NCBI RefSeq assembly: GCF_009914755.1
Contig: NC_060934.1
Strand: one strand, 5' to 3'
Length of the DNA: 64,000 nucleotides
From: the human T2T-CHM13v2.0 reference genome, Homo sapiens
Shown here: in pieces, positions 46,781 to 62,600 of the stretch
Numbering within the stretch: the stretch's first letter is position 1
Layout: every line of letters starts with the position of its first letter
Translations under genes and position numbers: made by a program
Notes under the pieces: generated by a model
The model's database searches: none
The model's input: only the letters and a program-made list of their open reading frames with translations
What the model was told of the DNA's origin: nothing

Positions 46781-46949
46781 TAAGTATATCATGAGGTAAC
46801 TCTACTACTTAGAAACCTGTAAGCTGTGATTTACTTGAGCTTTTGGGGAAATGGAAAGCAGAATACTTAGTTTAAAAAAAATTTTTTTTTAACTGCAAGC
46901 AGATACCTCAAGATCAAATCATGCAATCATAATTAGAGATTTTTAATAT

Positions 46950-48110
46950 ATATATTGGGAAAGGGTAATCTATTCAATAAACGATACTGGGAACATTTGA
47001 AAAGAACAACAACAGAAATTAGATCTCTATCTAACACTGCACACTGAATTTGAAAGGAATTAATGACATAACATAAAAAATAAAATTACAGAAACGCCAG
47101 AAGAAGATAAAGGAGATGTCCTATAGTGTTGAGGGTGAGGATGGCATTCCTGAGAGTGACCTGAAGCCCAAAAGCATGATTGGAAAAGTTGACATGTGTG
47201 ACCCCATAAAAATTTTAACCGTCTGTATACTGAAAGAACAGAAATGAAAAGAGGAAATGCAAACTGTGAAAATATTTTCAAGACACAAAATGGACATGGG
47301 ATTACTATGTGTAGTATCTGAAGAGCTCTTATAAACTAATCAGAGGAAGACATCCCAATGGGAAAATTGCCAAAGAATATGAGCATGCAATTCACAAAAG
47401 AGATAAAATAATGAAACATGTTCAGTCTCACCAAACGAAGAAATGCAAATGCATTCATTCAGCTATCTATTGAGCACGTGTTTTATGCCATATTCCAGGC
47501 CCACAGATGAACAAATTAGACAAGATCTCTGCTCTAGAACTTGTGTTGTAGTTGGGAGGAGAGACAAGAAAATGAATAAAACAAAAAGGATAAATGCCAT
47601 AACAAGGTAAATAGGGGAGTCCAGGCCTCACAAATGAATTTGAATGATGAGAGAAGCCCAAGTCATGCACACCTGTGGGAAGTGCAGAGGCGACGTAGGC
47701 ATCTGTTTTCCAAAGGGATTCCACCAGTTACACTCACACTGGCAAAGTACGTGACAGCCAGTGAATCCATGTATTCACCATTATATTGTCAAGACTTGAA
47801 TTTTTGCCCTTTAGTTTTAAGATGGTATGTCATTGTGTTGATTTGCATTGCCATGACCACCAGTGAAGCTGAACATTTTCTCACTGATCCAGTAGTTGCA
47901 CTTGTAGAAATTGATTTAGTAGAATACTTGCCTATGTGCACAAAAGCGTATCAACATTGTAATAGTGAAAAACTGAAAATAACCTAAATGTCTCAATAGG
48001 AACATATTAAGTAAACAATGGTCTGTCCATACCATGGAATATAATGCAGCCATTAAAAATAATCAGACATCTACTTGTTCTCACATGTTGTGAAAAACAA
48101 GTGTCTGAAT
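46950..48110 (+). mobile_element. Mosaic of ancient L1ME-like and L2 fragments
   Basis: Decayed L1 ORF2/3' motifs (ctattcaataaacgatactgggaac; catggaatataatgcagccattaaaaat); antisense L2 end at ~47450-47620. Confidence 0.55.
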
Positions 48111-48163
48111 AAATGTAAATCTTATTTTTAAAAGCTCTATACACGTCCACATATGTACATCTA

Positions 48164-49117
48164 TAAACCATCCTTGCTTTGCACAGTAATGCATGACCAT
48201 AAAAATGACCTTGCAAGCTGAAGCTGTGCAAAGCAATCTTAACAGTCAATGAAGGAAAAGATGATTGTCTCATGACCTTTAAAAACATTAGTGAAAATAT
48301 TAAAAGCTCTCTGCCAATTATAAATGGGGAAATGAAAAACATAGTAAAGCTAGTATTTATTTAGTAGACCATAATTTAAAGCATTGCAAATATTGAGAAT
48401 CTAAGTTTTTGTCAAACTTACCATGAGCATTTGAACAGTGCTTGCTTGCATCTCATAATTTGAAATACAGAGCAAGTACCTTTTCTATGCCTTGGCAAAT
48501 TGTTACACTCCTTTCAGTTGTAAAATATCTCTAAGAGTTCTATGATGTATTTATACCAGCATCACTTCCTTTGGGACATCGTCTCTTCATTATAACCAAT
48601 ATCTTCACTTATGTTGATAAATGTTAAGTTCCCTTTCACTAAGTGTCTCTGGCTTCTTACCTAGAGTTTCTATCAAAGAGCATGGTATCAGCATTCCCAC
48701 AGTCAGCCCAAATTTTATTTCCAGTGTTAACCGCTTTTCATTTCTTTGCTGTGTTTTTTGTCTTTTTTGGCCAGTCCCTGTTTTAACTCTCCAGTTTTGT
48801 AAAATGTCATGTGCCTCTATCACCAGGACACAAAAAGGCAATACAACTACACACGTTGCTGTCTGTGCATAACAGATGCATAGTGACCAGTCACTGACGG
48901 ATTTTGAGATAAATGACATTATTGGTTACTGATCATGGGACACACCTGTTATTAGTGACTTGTGGGTTGAAGAGCTAACAGTGAAGTTTGTACTTAGTAA
49001 TTACAGCTAATATGCCATGGGAATGAAATTTGAACTGTGTTGTTTGGGGACTGGTGTTATTTAAACCATGTAACTGAAATTGTGCCTGTCAGAATTGTTC
49101 AAAGCAAAGATTGCCTG
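48164..49117 (+). mobile_element. Tigger13a-like DNA transposon
   Basis: ctttgcacagtaatgcatgaccataaaaatgaccttgcaagctgaagctgtgcaaagcaatcttaa matches the recalled consensus start; ends gcaaagattgcctg (decayed TIR); TA at the left flank. Confidence 0.75.
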
Positions 49118-49356
49118 CATATATATATATGCAGGATATATGTATATATGTGCATCTCCACACATACCTTATGGAAATATATAAAGGAATAGAAAAAGGA
49201 AATATAGTAGGACACAACAAATTCCTAATTAACAATATAGAGTTGAATTTGGGGAAGGGGGTAGGGAGGAACTAGTATTTATTGATCCTACAATATTTTT
49301 GTATTGTTCGAATTTTCATAGATTAATAATTTTTTTAGAACAAAATTGAGTAGAAG

Positions 49357-49482
49357 GGCTGGGTGTGATGGTGCACACCTGTAATCCTAGTACTTTAGGT
49401 GGCTGAGGTGGGAGGATCACGAGGCCAGGAGTTCAAGACCAGCCTGGGCAACATAAGGAGACCCTGTCTCCACAAAAAATAA
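49357..49482 (+). mobile_element. FLAM/FAM-type Alu monomer
   Basis: Single monomer with a short A tail. Confidence 0.8.
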
Positions 49483-52400
49483 GTGGGAAAAAGATTGCTT
49501 CCGTTTCCCACAGTCACAAGGCTTGCTTTGTGTACCTTCTGGAAAAGGTAACCAGAATTGTAATGAGAATATAAGAATGCTGAATACATAAATGTTTGGG
49601 GAAAAAAACCCTATGATGTTTATCTTAGAATATAGGGAGAAAAATATAAAATGAGAGTAAGCGTGCCACAGCTTAGTGCAGTGTCTAAGATACCAACTCT
49701 GTGCCAGCTGACCCGACACTGTCACTTAACAGAATTGCTTCATCCCCATCGACATTCAGTTTCCTATCTGTATCTGGATATTAATACCCCAGAATTATTT
49801 TATGATAATGTTAGAAAAGCACTTAACACAGTGACTAACAACTACTAAATGCTCAAATAATTGCATTATTCATGCCATAGAGAGGAGTGAGTTTTCTGCC
49901 AGTGACTGTCTTCAAATAAGAGTCTGGGAGGTGGCTGATCGGAGTATTTATCACATTGGGAGAAATGGAACCAGATGACCTGAAGTTCTGAGCCATTCTC
50001 AGAGACCATGATGTGAGATATTTATGGAAAAATCTGTTTCATTTTATTTCAAAGCAATAATTTGTTATTTATGCCTTCGGATTTTATAATACTTTTTGGA
50101 ATGAGACATACGCTACAAACCAATTCAAGTAATAGTGCATTTTACAGATACACAGAGTTTTAATAGGGCTCAGAAAATTATTTAAAATGCTTTTAATCAA
50201 ATGCAACTTTATTAATGGATACAATTTTGTATAACTCTAATCTCGCTAATTCGACTTATATTTTAAACTCTTAACTAGGTAAGAAACTTAAGACTTAAAA
50301 GGATTTTGAGGGAAAAAAGTGAAATTCACCCCTCCCTTTTTTCTGTATAAGTAGTTCATGAAAAATATTTGCAAAACTCTTTATATACATAAAACTTAAG
50401 CTATTTTAAAACTCCATTAAAAGGAAGGGTTTTTTTTTTAAATCATGGGCTATTCAACATACAATAATCAAGCTATTTTACAAATCTGTGACCTCAGTCT
50501 TAACAGTTTTCCAAGGAATATACTGTTCTTTACTGAGTTTTTTTTTCATGACATCTGGAATACATTTAGATCTTTATGATATTTTGTGCTCATTTCTTAT
50601 CTTGCCAGCTGCTAAGGAGCAGAAATTATCAAAGAAGATCACCGAACTGACAGACAACTGTATTTCCACACTCCTGCCCTTTGAAATCTGCCTTCTAGTA
50701 TGTGAGGCAACCTTCATCAGCATGTAGTAGCATGTTGGTGCTGGCTAGTTACTTTCCAAGAGGGAGATAAACACCTCAAAATAAGCAATGAAATTGCTTC
50801 AAGTCAGTTTTAAAATCGTTAGTTTTAATAAAACTAAAATGAGAAAGTGTTTTCACATTAACTGCTGTGGGCCATTTTGTTGTTCCTCAAACCACTTTAA
50901 GTTTACTTTCTTTCAGTTCAGATAATTTAGCTTTTTATTTAAAAACATCTCCACAACTTTTAAACCATGCTTATATCTCTCTTGTGAGATATACAATACA
51001 CAAATTGTATATACTAAATTATGTATGCCAACATTTTATTTGTGTGTGTGTATATATATAGTGAATTTGACCAGTTGCAGTTTCTAGTTTCTGCTTTGTG
51101 ATGCCAGAGTCACAATTCTAGTCAATCTTAGGGTATCATTTTAGTAAGTAGTAACTTTCATCAAACTTTGAAAATTGGGATTGCATATGTTAAGCATATT
51201 TTAATTTCAGTTGCTCAGAGAAACTAACAGATTATCACTGTATAATGTGTCTGCTGTTACTTCCGCTTATTGAAGAAATCACTGAACTGCCACTGAAGAG
51301 TGGGAGACGCCTAAGAAAGGCTGAGTTCTGGAATGCTGCCAACACATGAGAAGCATACATTTCTCCTAAGATGTTTAGGGTTTTCATTTGAAAGGAGTCA
51401 TCTCATTCAGTAGTATCTATCTCTTTAAATTGACATGGTTCTATATTTGGCATTTCATTGGAAATTATATCACAACCAAGTCCCTTATTAGAGTAGGCAA
51501 GATAAGGAGGATAGGATAAATATTTGAAGTATAGTTTATCTGCCCATCCTGGAAAGGGAAGAACAATAGCTTGTCCATGTTCAGGAAGCTAACATGACCT
51601 AAAATTCCTAACGTCGCATGGGAGCTAATGAGGCTGTTTACCCTGTTCCCTCGTCTTTGGGCAGTATTACAGTAAACTTAAGTCAGCCTTGCAGAAAGTC
51701 AAGTAGAAAAAAACACCTGCTTTTATTTGTGTAACTTTCTGGAGGAAGAACAAGATGACCATCTACATGGCCAAGAACCTTCTGTGGTTCCCTTGCACCT
51801 TGCTGTTACAAGTTGTAGGATACCCTTGGGTGTTTTTGCTGTGGTTCAGTGTTGTAGGTGGAAGGTACAGCACTGAAGTCATTTTAATAATTTGTGTTAA
51901 TAAAGCCCTTCTGTCAAAACTTACCACAATGAGTGAGGCGATAGAGAAGCTGCATTTTAGCCACTCATAAGATTAACTATGTGAAGATAAGGATCTAGCC
52001 TATTTTAAAATGCTATTCTGCAAACTTTATGGGAAGTATATTCTTATTTAACAGCCCTGCCAGGAGATGATTCCTTGTGTCTAATCTCTGTACCCTGCTC
52101 TGTGATGTAAGCATTCCACTTGCTTGTTGTTCAATGAACATGTTTCCTAGCTCGTTATAACCTTAACTTTCTCATTTCAAAGTGAATCATTACATATTTT
52201 TAACATTTTCTTCAGTTCAATATTAATTCCCCACACATATGCCTGCTAGATCTTCTTTCCCAGTCTTATGTTTTCTGTCAGCCTTCCCTGAATTGTTCAC
52301 AGCCACCTGGAGTTATAAAGCCAAGAATTAATGCATTCTGTGGACAGGAGAGCCAGTGCTGGAGATGAAGGTATATTCCTGAATGGCACATGAGGAACTC

Positions 52401-53457
52401 TAGTGAACAACCATAACTGGTAAAAATTATTTTTAAAAGAGCTATTTAAAGTCTCTGGAAATTGTCCCAAAGGCATGTAGTTAATGAAACGTTTATTCAA
52501 GAAAATCTAAACCTCGATAAGAACTGTGAGAGTCTGTGACACTAGAGTCATGACCATTCCTTCCCTTCCCCTGCCCCAGAACAATGTGATGGAAGCTCCA
52601 CTCCAGCTGTGGCCAAGAAGGTGGGACTCCCCCTTCCCCAGTTCCGAGTAAAGGGCTACAGGAGTTCCCCAGGAGGGGCAGGCTGCCAGCATCTTCCTCT
52701 CCCCAAGCTGTGTGTTGAAAAGGCTAAACTCCAGGTGAGGGCAGCCTTGAGTCCACGGGTCCTCTCCCTTCACTAAGCCCCCACTCATAAAGTGGAGCTT
52801 CTTCCCCAGGCATGACGAGCTGAGATTACAGGAGCTTTGGACACCCTCATCTCAGCTCGCTGGCAGGACAGCGATTTCACATCAAGAGTCAAGCAAAGAA
52901 GACCAGAGGCTGCCGCCACCACCTAGTGCCCTGCTCACAAAGCACAGGTGTCACTCCAAAAATAGCAGGGCACTGACTTCACTCCCATCTCCAGAACAGT
53001 GGCATAGAGAATTGGAAATAAAAGGGAGCATGACAACTGACCTCACAAGACTACAAATGAATACTATGAACAATTTAACTTAGATAAAATTTTTAAAATT
53101 CCATAAAGACAAAAAGGCTGCAAATGACTCAAGAAGAAATAGAACAACTGAATAGACCCATGAACAGATTGAATTAGTAATTTTAAGACAGCCCACAAAC
53201 AAAAGAAAAATGGCTTCCCTGGTAACTTCTACTAAACGTTTAAAGAGTAAGTAATATCAATTCTCCACAAAACTCTTCCAAAAAATAACAGAGAACACTT
53301 TCCGACTCATCCTATGAGCCTGATACCAAAACAAGATAAAGACATCACAAGAAAAGGAAACTACAAACCAATATTGCTTGAATATAGATGCAGAAATCCT
53401 CAATGAAAAATACTAGCAAGGTGTATCTAGTAACACATTTTTAAAATTATGACTGTT

Positions 53458-53824
<367 letters not shown>

Positions 53825-53831
53825 TTATGAC

Positions 53832-54538
53832 TGTTGTCTAATAAAGATTTTGGTCTTTGCCCTGGGTTCCTGGTATGGAGATTCTACAACCCTTGGAATT
53901 CCCTGAGTGATAAAAATGTATTTTTTTATTTATGAGCCCCTTAGAACACACCTTAATTTGTACTAATGAAGTGACTCACTGTGTGCCCCGAGACAGCTTC
54001 AGGATGGGAGCTGCAAAGATCAACCATGTAATTAGAAGTTTGGAGCTTGGAGCCATATGATTTTAGCCTGGCTTCCCAACCTCCAAGGACAGGCTGGGGA
54101 GAGGCTGAGGCTGGAGATTGAGTTCAATCACATGGTCAATGTTTAATAAAGCATGCCTATGTAATAAAATCTCAGTAAAACCCCTGGACACAATCAGTGG
54201 AGCTTCCTGGGTTGGTGAACACATTAATGTGCCAGGAGAGTGACATACCCTGATTCCACGGGGAGAAGGCACAGAAGTTATGTGTTCAGGACCTTCCCAA
54301 ACCTCACCCTACATGACTCTATATTTGGTTGTAATAAGTATAGTGCTTTTCTGTGTTCTGTGAATCATTCGAGTGAATTAACCCAACAGGGTCATGTGAG
54401 TCCCCAGATTTGTAGTCAGTTGATCTGAAGTGAGGGCAATCTTGTTGTGGACCATGCCCTTTAACTTGTGGCATGTGAACCAAGTTTGGCTGGTTAGTGC
54501 CAGAGATGAAATGTAGCACACCAGTTGGTATCAGAATA
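53832..54538 (+). mobile_element. MER21-family ERVL LTR
   Basis: tttggtctttgccctgggttcctgg...aacccttggaattccctgagtgata resembles MER21; flanked by atgac on both sides. Strand is relative to the recalled consensus. Confidence 0.75.
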
Positions 54539-55413
54539 ATGACCAAGTGATATTAATTCCAGGAATTCAGGGTTGGTTTGACATCCAAAAATTAATCAAT
54601 GCAATACACCATATCGGTGGAATAAAAAGCAAAAAGAAAAAAATCACATGGTAATATCAGTAGATGCAGAAAATCATTTTACAAAATCTAACACCTTTTC
54701 ATAATAAGTACACTCAATAAACTAGAAATAGAAAGAAACTTAACCCAATAAGGGCATCTATGAAAAAGAACACAGCTAACACTGTACTTAATGGTGAAAG
54801 ACTGAATACTTTTCCCCAAGATCAGGAACAAGATAAGGGCTTCTATTTTGCAGAAATCGACAAACTGACCCTAAAATTCATATGTAAATTCAGGGGACTC
54901 AAAATGTCCAAAACAATCTTAAAAAAAGAACAAAGTTGGAAGACTGACACTTCCTGATTTTAAAACTTACTACAGTTAGGATAGTCAAGGAAGTATGGTA
55001 CTGGCATAAAGCCAGACATATGAATCAATGAAATAGAATTGAGAGTCCAAAAATAAATGTCAATGTTTATGGTCAATTTAAAAAGCCAGCTGGGATTTTG
55101 ATAAGGATTGTATTGAATCTGTAGATCAGTTTGGGAAATATTACCATCATAATAATGACTATGGCATGTTTCTCCTTTAATTTAGGTCTTTAATTTCTTT
55201 CAGTGATGTTTTGTAATTTTCAAGGGAGAAGTTTTGTACTTCTTTTGATAAATTTATTCCTAAGTTTTTTTTTGGAATTATTGTGAATGGAATTCTTTAA
55301 GTTTATTTTTTTGATTATTTATTGCAATTGTACACAAGTACAATTGATGTTTGTATCTTAATCCTTTATCCCACAACCTTGCTGAACTTTTATTAGCTTT
55401 AATGTTTTTTTAG

Positions 55414-55740
<327 letters not shown>

Positions 55741-56414
55741 TTTTGAGCTGCAAAAGGCAGCTCCCTCATCTAAAAGTAACAGAGATCAATGTTTGATTTT
55801 AAGTGGACTTGGCTTTCAGGTGGAGCAAGTGTAACAGTGTCACATAAACCCATGTCAGGAAGAAACAGCAGCACGTGATTCCACTGAGAGATAGCTGCTG
55901 CTTGCAACATGGAGACAAGGATGTCCTGTTGGAACTAAATATGGAAAGTTCCCGGAAGACCATCCATCACTCTGATCAAGCATTAGGTAAGTCTTATTAT
56001 CCATCTGAATAATCACTGTTGTTTCTTTGCCAAGTAGAGGACCTCCTGCCTCCACCCCAATTTAACCACAGTGCCCAACAGCCTGATATTGGGCAGCAGC
56101 ACTAGGTGATGGCAGGCCTGCCCTTGTGGCCTCCCAGAGCACAGCCAAGACGGGTCTCTCCCTTGGATTACATATCTGGGAGGAAAACCACCTCTCGCCC
56201 TAGACCTTTTTGTAAGGCAGGCTTCATTAGACGCGCCCATGTTGTCATCTAATGCCTTTATTCATCCCCAGAATGGGAAGTTACACCTGTGAGAGCTGTT
56301 TTGTGGACTCAGAAGCCCAAGGGACCATGGGGACTGACTAGTGGAACCATCATATTCTCTGGGGAGTCAGACCCATAGATCTTGGTATTTATCCACTGCC
56401 CTATTGTTAGTGGC

Positions 56415-56762
56415 TGCTATGGTCTGAATATGTGTGTCCCATCAAATTTCATATGTTGAAACCTAAATCCCCAATGCAATAGTGTTAAGAGTTGGGGCTT
56501 GAGGAAGTGATTAAGTCATGAGGGCTCCACCCTCACGAATGGAATTAGTGCCCTTATAAAAGAGGCTTGAGGGAACTCCCTAGCCCCTTCTGCCATGTGA
56601 GGAGGCTCCAAGAAGGCATCATCTATGATGAACAGGTTCTCACCAAACACCAAATCTTCTTGTGACTTCCCCACCTCCAGAACTGTAAACAATAAGCTTC
56701 GGTTGTTTATAAATTACCCAGTGTGAGATATTTCATTACAGCTGCCTGAACGGACTAAGACA
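56415..56762 (+). mobile_element. MLT1A-type MaLR solo LTR
   Basis: tgctatggtctgaat...ggactaagaca; TG...CA ends; TSD gtggc/gtagc. Confidence 0.88.
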
Positions 56763-57189
56763 GTAGCAGAACTGAGTTTAGAACCCAGGTGTAGAGAAAG
56801 CCCAGTCCAGGGCTCTTCCTTCGTGGTGAACACCAGTATAGTCTTATTTATTGTAACATAGGGGCCTCTGAGACTGCTCAGAAACTCACACTGCAATTTT
56901 CTCACCCTACACATCAGAAAAAATGGCATCCTTTCATCTACTGTTTACTTTGTCTGAAGATTGATAAAATGTTTCCATACCCGTAACAAAATGAGCTTGC
57001 TTCTCATGAGATTAAATCTGTTATTTACCCATAGTTTAAACCTGGGCACAGCAGGAGGTGCCCTTGCCCTCTGGTGTCCTCCTAGGAAGGGTGCTACAAC
57101 GCATAGAGACTTTTCAGATTCAGGTGTTTGCCTGATGAATCAGGGATTTTCCCAGAAATCTCAGGGTAAGAGCTCTTGTTCTTTACATT

Positions 57190-57400
57190 ACGTTCCCAGG
57201 CCTGTTGTAAGTGGCAATGTGCATTAGGTCATCTTATCTTCACAACATCACCAGGAAGTGAGGACTGTCATTATTCCCATTTACCATTGAGGAAACGGAA
57301 CCCAGGAGAGGGTAAACGGCACACCCAAAGTCACCCAGCCAGTGCTGCCAAGCCGGGACTCAAACCCAGATCTGCCCAACACTAGAGCCACTGACACTGC
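57190..57400 (-). mobile_element. MIR
   Basis: attattcccatttaccattgaggaaacggaacccaggagagggtaa...cccaaagtcacccagccagt. Confidence 0.8.
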
Positions 57401-57671
57401 TTCATCGTGGGCAACAAAACCCTTTTTATTCAAGTGTTATCAATTTAGGATCTGACATATTTTGGATAGAGATAAAGTATAAAAAGATCACAGGAGGCAG
57501 TGTTAAAATTACATATGAGAATAAATTCAAAACACTTCAAAGTCTGTAAAACAAATGACATGTTAATTACAAATGTCATATCTCCATTTGAGCAAATCCC
57601 GAAAAGACTCCCTCTTCTGAGCAATTTTCTATTGCTCGAGGTTGAAAGTAATGAAACTGCATTTCCTTTAA

Positions 57672-58086
<415 letters not shown>

Positions 58087-61000
58087 CCAAAGATCTCTTT
58101 TATTGCTTAAAATTGAAAACATGAATCTTTGGATAAAACTTATAGTCAAAGTTTTTATAATCTAGGAAAGCTATTTGATTCTTACCACTGCTGAAACTAC
58201 ACTTCCTAAATTCTGCTTAATTTGCTAAAAATTCTATTAAATTTAAGCTATAAAGAAATCCTCTTGATGTAAATATTTTTGAATACATAAAATGTTACTT
58301 TATTGTTCTGCCATTTCATTTTCACCAAATGTTATTCTTTAGGGATTTCATCCAAGTGAAGAGTGCATAGACTTACGTACAAAAAAAATTAGTCTAATTC
58401 TGACTGTATGCATTTAGATCAACCTTGACTTCTTCCCTAAAAGACTACTTTTGTTTATTAAAATGCAAAAAAAGTTACAGAGAATAACAAATTAAACAAG
58501 CAATACATCATTTCAGTCCTGGAAATGAGACAGCCACAGAACTAAACTCACAGTAGTGAGAGGAGGTCATAACAAAGCCACAGCCAGCTCTCATGAAAGT
58601 CTCTAACTGTCCCCACCTAAGAAATAAACATTGGGCTCCAAAAAGGCCAGATGTCTTCAATGTCTCAGCCCAGCATTTATTTCTGTTTGCCATCCAAATT
58701 GACTCCCTCTTTGATGTCCCTTTCTTTTGCATGTGCTGGTACAATATAACTTAATTTTGAGGCATCATCAACCTGGTTTTTAAAACCAACTCCAATAATA
58801 CTGCCTTAGTCTACAATTAGGATTAGGAACTTAAAAGGGTTCTTCTTACATTTCATTTGAAAATTGATGTCTGCAGTGCTTGTTCATAATCCTCATTACA
58901 ATTGCTGGGAAATTTAAAGGGTGGGATTGCATTCTCATTTGGAGGAAAGGGTAAGCTGGTTTTCATGCTCTTCCCAGGCAGCGATCTCATTTAGCCTTGG
59001 TGTTTGGCGAAAAAGAAAGGGGAAGAAGAAGTTAACTGGAGAACTAGAAGATAGAAATTTGCCATGTGGGCAGTTTAAGGTTCTGTGACTCTGTCGGCTG
59101 ATATGCTTCTAATTCAGGGCAAAGAGGGGTGAGAGAAGAGGGCTGGCGAAAAAATGAAAAGTGCATTTTAAGCCAGGGAGAGATCTGAAATCTTAAGCTG
59201 AGCGGCCACAGGAGGCTTAATAATCACTGGAGTGCATGCATGGGAGATTCCACTTCAAAAGAAAGGGAATGATGCATTAATGCCCCACGGACATAGTAAT
59301 GCCCTAGGGACTCCAGGACTGTCCCTGTCACAATCTGAGAGCCATAGAAAAACCATTCAGTGCCAGGCTTACTTAGAGCGTGTCCTCCTTAAAATTGCTC
59401 CTCCAAAGGCTATGTGATGTGGAGCTGTGTCTGTGAGGGCCCTTGAAGCAACCGGATGCTTAGGCCAGAGAGGAATCCATTTAGGATTCGGAGGTACAAG
59501 CAGCTGTCCACAGGAAATCCAAGAGCCTTGCCTGAGAAATGAAGAAAACCAGGACACCTTTCACTGATTCCGTCTGCAGAACTCAAAAAGACCTGAATTT
59601 TTCTCCTTTATGTTGAGATACAAATCCAAATAGCTTTAAAAGAAACTTTTTTCAAAAAGTTTAATGCTTAAGAATCCAGAAGTCCTCCAAAGTCATGAAG
59701 TGGAATGTAATGTAATAACTGGAATCATTTGAGCAGAACATTGCTTAAAGAAACCTGCATGTTTATTAAATGACCACCTTGGATATCTTTCCTTTCAGAA
59801 AAAGAAGTTCGAATCTGGATGGCTGAAAAATAATACTTCCAGTTCATTCATATTATCTGCTTCCTCACCAGGTTAAGATAATAGAAACCTCATCATATGG
59901 AAAGGTCAAGACTCATGACTACGTGTGCAGCTCAAAACTTCATTTTTCTCTTTTTCAGGAGTCCTCTGCATTCTCATTAATCAAAGCAAAGTTTGCAAAT
60001 TGTAGCTATGCAAAACTTGCATAAAATCATTTGGTCCTTGATTTTTTCTCTTTGTTCCTTTTCAGTTAACTTTCAAAAAAATTTTTCCCAAACATCTCCC
60101 ACTTCAGGAAAAAATTTGACAACCCCTTATAAGCCTGCATATTTTGTGACAGAGCTATGATTATACTCAAGCAGCCTTGTCAAGAGAAGCACACTCCAGC
60201 TTTTTTCTGAACCTTGATTTTAAAGAGTGCAATGAACTCATTGATGTTCTAATAAGAGCTTTCTGCACGTCAGAAAAGGAAGGGAAATGGGTGGGACTTA
60301 TAGAAGGTGATGGTTATCATTAATAAATGAAAGCAAAATAAATAAACATAGCTAGCTAAGCCATGCTACTGAAAGTCAATCTGGCCCTAACTCTCCAGGA
60401 AACATAATGGTTCAGTCAGGCTAAGGGATGCCAGGGGAAGAGCAACCCTTCTGGAACCCAGAAGACACCAGGTTTTGTTCTGGAATCTCTGGAATGCAGC
60501 TGTCAGTGGACGCAACAGGAAAGTGGGTTTCCTCTGATTATAGAGAAGAACTTGACAACAATTAGACATGTCCGTAAACAGAAAAGTCAGAAAAAAATTA
60601 TGTACTCCCCAGTGCAAGAAGCGTGCAAGGAGAGGCTGGATGATCACCTGGCAGAGAGTGTGTGGAAAGTGTTTCTCCTTTGGGTATGAGGTGAAACTGG
60701 ATAACTAAAGGCTTAATGTACCTTCTAACTCTAAGAATCTGTGATTCCATAGCTTTGGATGATCAAGAAAAGCCACTCTGGGCCTTGGTTTCCTTATCTG
60801 AAAAACAAGAGCCTTGGCACAAAATAGGCCATCTTAGGTCCGTCGCAGCCCAAGATGGTATGAATGACCACCTGATAAACTTGTGATGTTGGAGGCCAGG
60901 CTCAGGCATCCCAACTCACTGCCTAGCTTAGAAAGGGTCATCAAACTTCTCTGGGTCTTGCTCTGAAGTCGTTTATATAATCCATGGGCAAGCTTGAAGA

Positions 61001-61928
61001 ACGAGGGAACACAGCCCACCAAGTGCTGGAAGCACCAGAGGAAAGGCAAATACAGGCCACATGCCTCAGGTTAAAATATTTTCAAGGCCGAAGGTTTACT
61101 GAACCTTATTTCAGACAATATCAATCAAGAAAAGCATTGAGACCATGCCTCAGAGTTCCTTGTCATGGAATTTAAGGGAGTTTGCCATAAAGTTTATATT
61201 GATTACTTGATTTATAGAATAGGTTTCAAGTCTCAAAGACTTGTTTCTAAAAAGGAAACACCTCCAGCAGGGAGGAGGCACAGTTTCTGCTTGTTTTCCA
61301 GAAAACTGGTACACCATGCTTCATTCCAGTGACTCCTGGCATTTGTGCCCTATTAATGTTTGGTATAAGTTGGTGCCCAAAGTGTGTTTGGATGAACAAA
61401 ATAAGTTTTATTGAAAGAAAATGTCTGTTTGTAACAAAGCTATTTTAAACTTGTATATGCACTTCAAGTATGTATATTATATAACATATTTTTAATTACC
61501 TTGACAATTTGAATTGAGGTATCAGTAAGGCAAAATCTGTGAGGAAATAAAGACATCTGTGATAACATAGGGACATGGACATAGGTCAGGGTTACAAGGC
61601 TAAGTGAAGCTCTGGATAACTTTAGGCCATTTCCTGGCAGGCTTCTTAATTTCAGGTTGAATTTGTCCATGATGAAGTGGGTATTTGCCTCTCAGGGAGC
61701 CATTTAGTTCCATACATAGAGAGAAAGGATTTATATGACTCCAAAGAGAAACGTTGACTTATTTTTTCTTTAAGCTGTTGGGGAAAGAGAGGGTAAGGGT
61801 GCCTTTACCTATAAAGCTAAAATGCAAAGACTTTAAAGACTCTTTCTGCCTATAATGGTTTGAGTCTCAGGTCCCCAGCCATTGAGTTCCAGTCTAGCAG
61901 AGCTCACGCAGGGTAAGAAAGAGTCTCT

Positions 61929-62228
61929 GGAGCAGGCACAGTGGCTCCTGCTTGTAATCCCAGCACTTTGAGAGGCCGAAAAAGGCGGGTGGGTCGCTTG
62001 AGGTCAGGAGTTTGAAACCAGCCTGGCCAACATGGTGAAACCCCATCTCTACTAAAAATACAAAAATTAGCTGGACATGGTGGCGCATGCCTGTAGTCCC
62101 ATCTGTAATACTCATGAGGCTGAGGCACGAGAATCGCTTGAACTGGGGAGGCGGAGGTTGCGGTGAGTCGAGATTGTGCCACTGTACTCCAGCCTGGGAG
62201 GCAGAGTGAAACTCTGTCTCAAAAATAA
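61929..62228 (+). mobile_element. AluS
   Basis: Dimer; TSD aagaaagagtctc. Confidence 0.93.
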
Positions 62229-62542
62229 AAGAAAGAGTCTCATCCTCTCTCCCAGCCCCTCAGGATCCCCTCCAAGCTTCTTCCCACTCATCCCCAAAAC
62301 TTGCTCTGAATTCCCCCGAGAATACCCCCTGAGCGTTTTGTTGGTGCCTATTTTATGACATTCATCATATTCCACCTCCTGTTCAGCTCAACAGCCCAGC
62401 ACTCCTTGACATGTTTATGCAGCTTTGTGTCACCTATGTAGGATCTGGTCCAAAGCAGGGCTTCAAGTAATTGATGAAGAAGTAGCTAACACATGGTTTA
62501 GGGTGTCACCCTTCCAAACCTAGATACATTGTAACAGGAGAC

Positions 62543-62600
62543 TGGATGGAAGGATGGATGGATGGATGGATGGATGGATGGATGGATAAATAGATGGATG
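62543..62600. repeat. (GGAT)n tetranucleotide repeat, imperfect
   Basis: tggatggaaggatggatggatg... Confidence 0.93.

Noticed and set aside
50714-50740. 10-bp hairpin catcagcatg-tagtag-catgttggtg as a small RNA
   Set aside because: Too short for a pre-miRNA; no snoRNA boxes or Pol III signals seen.
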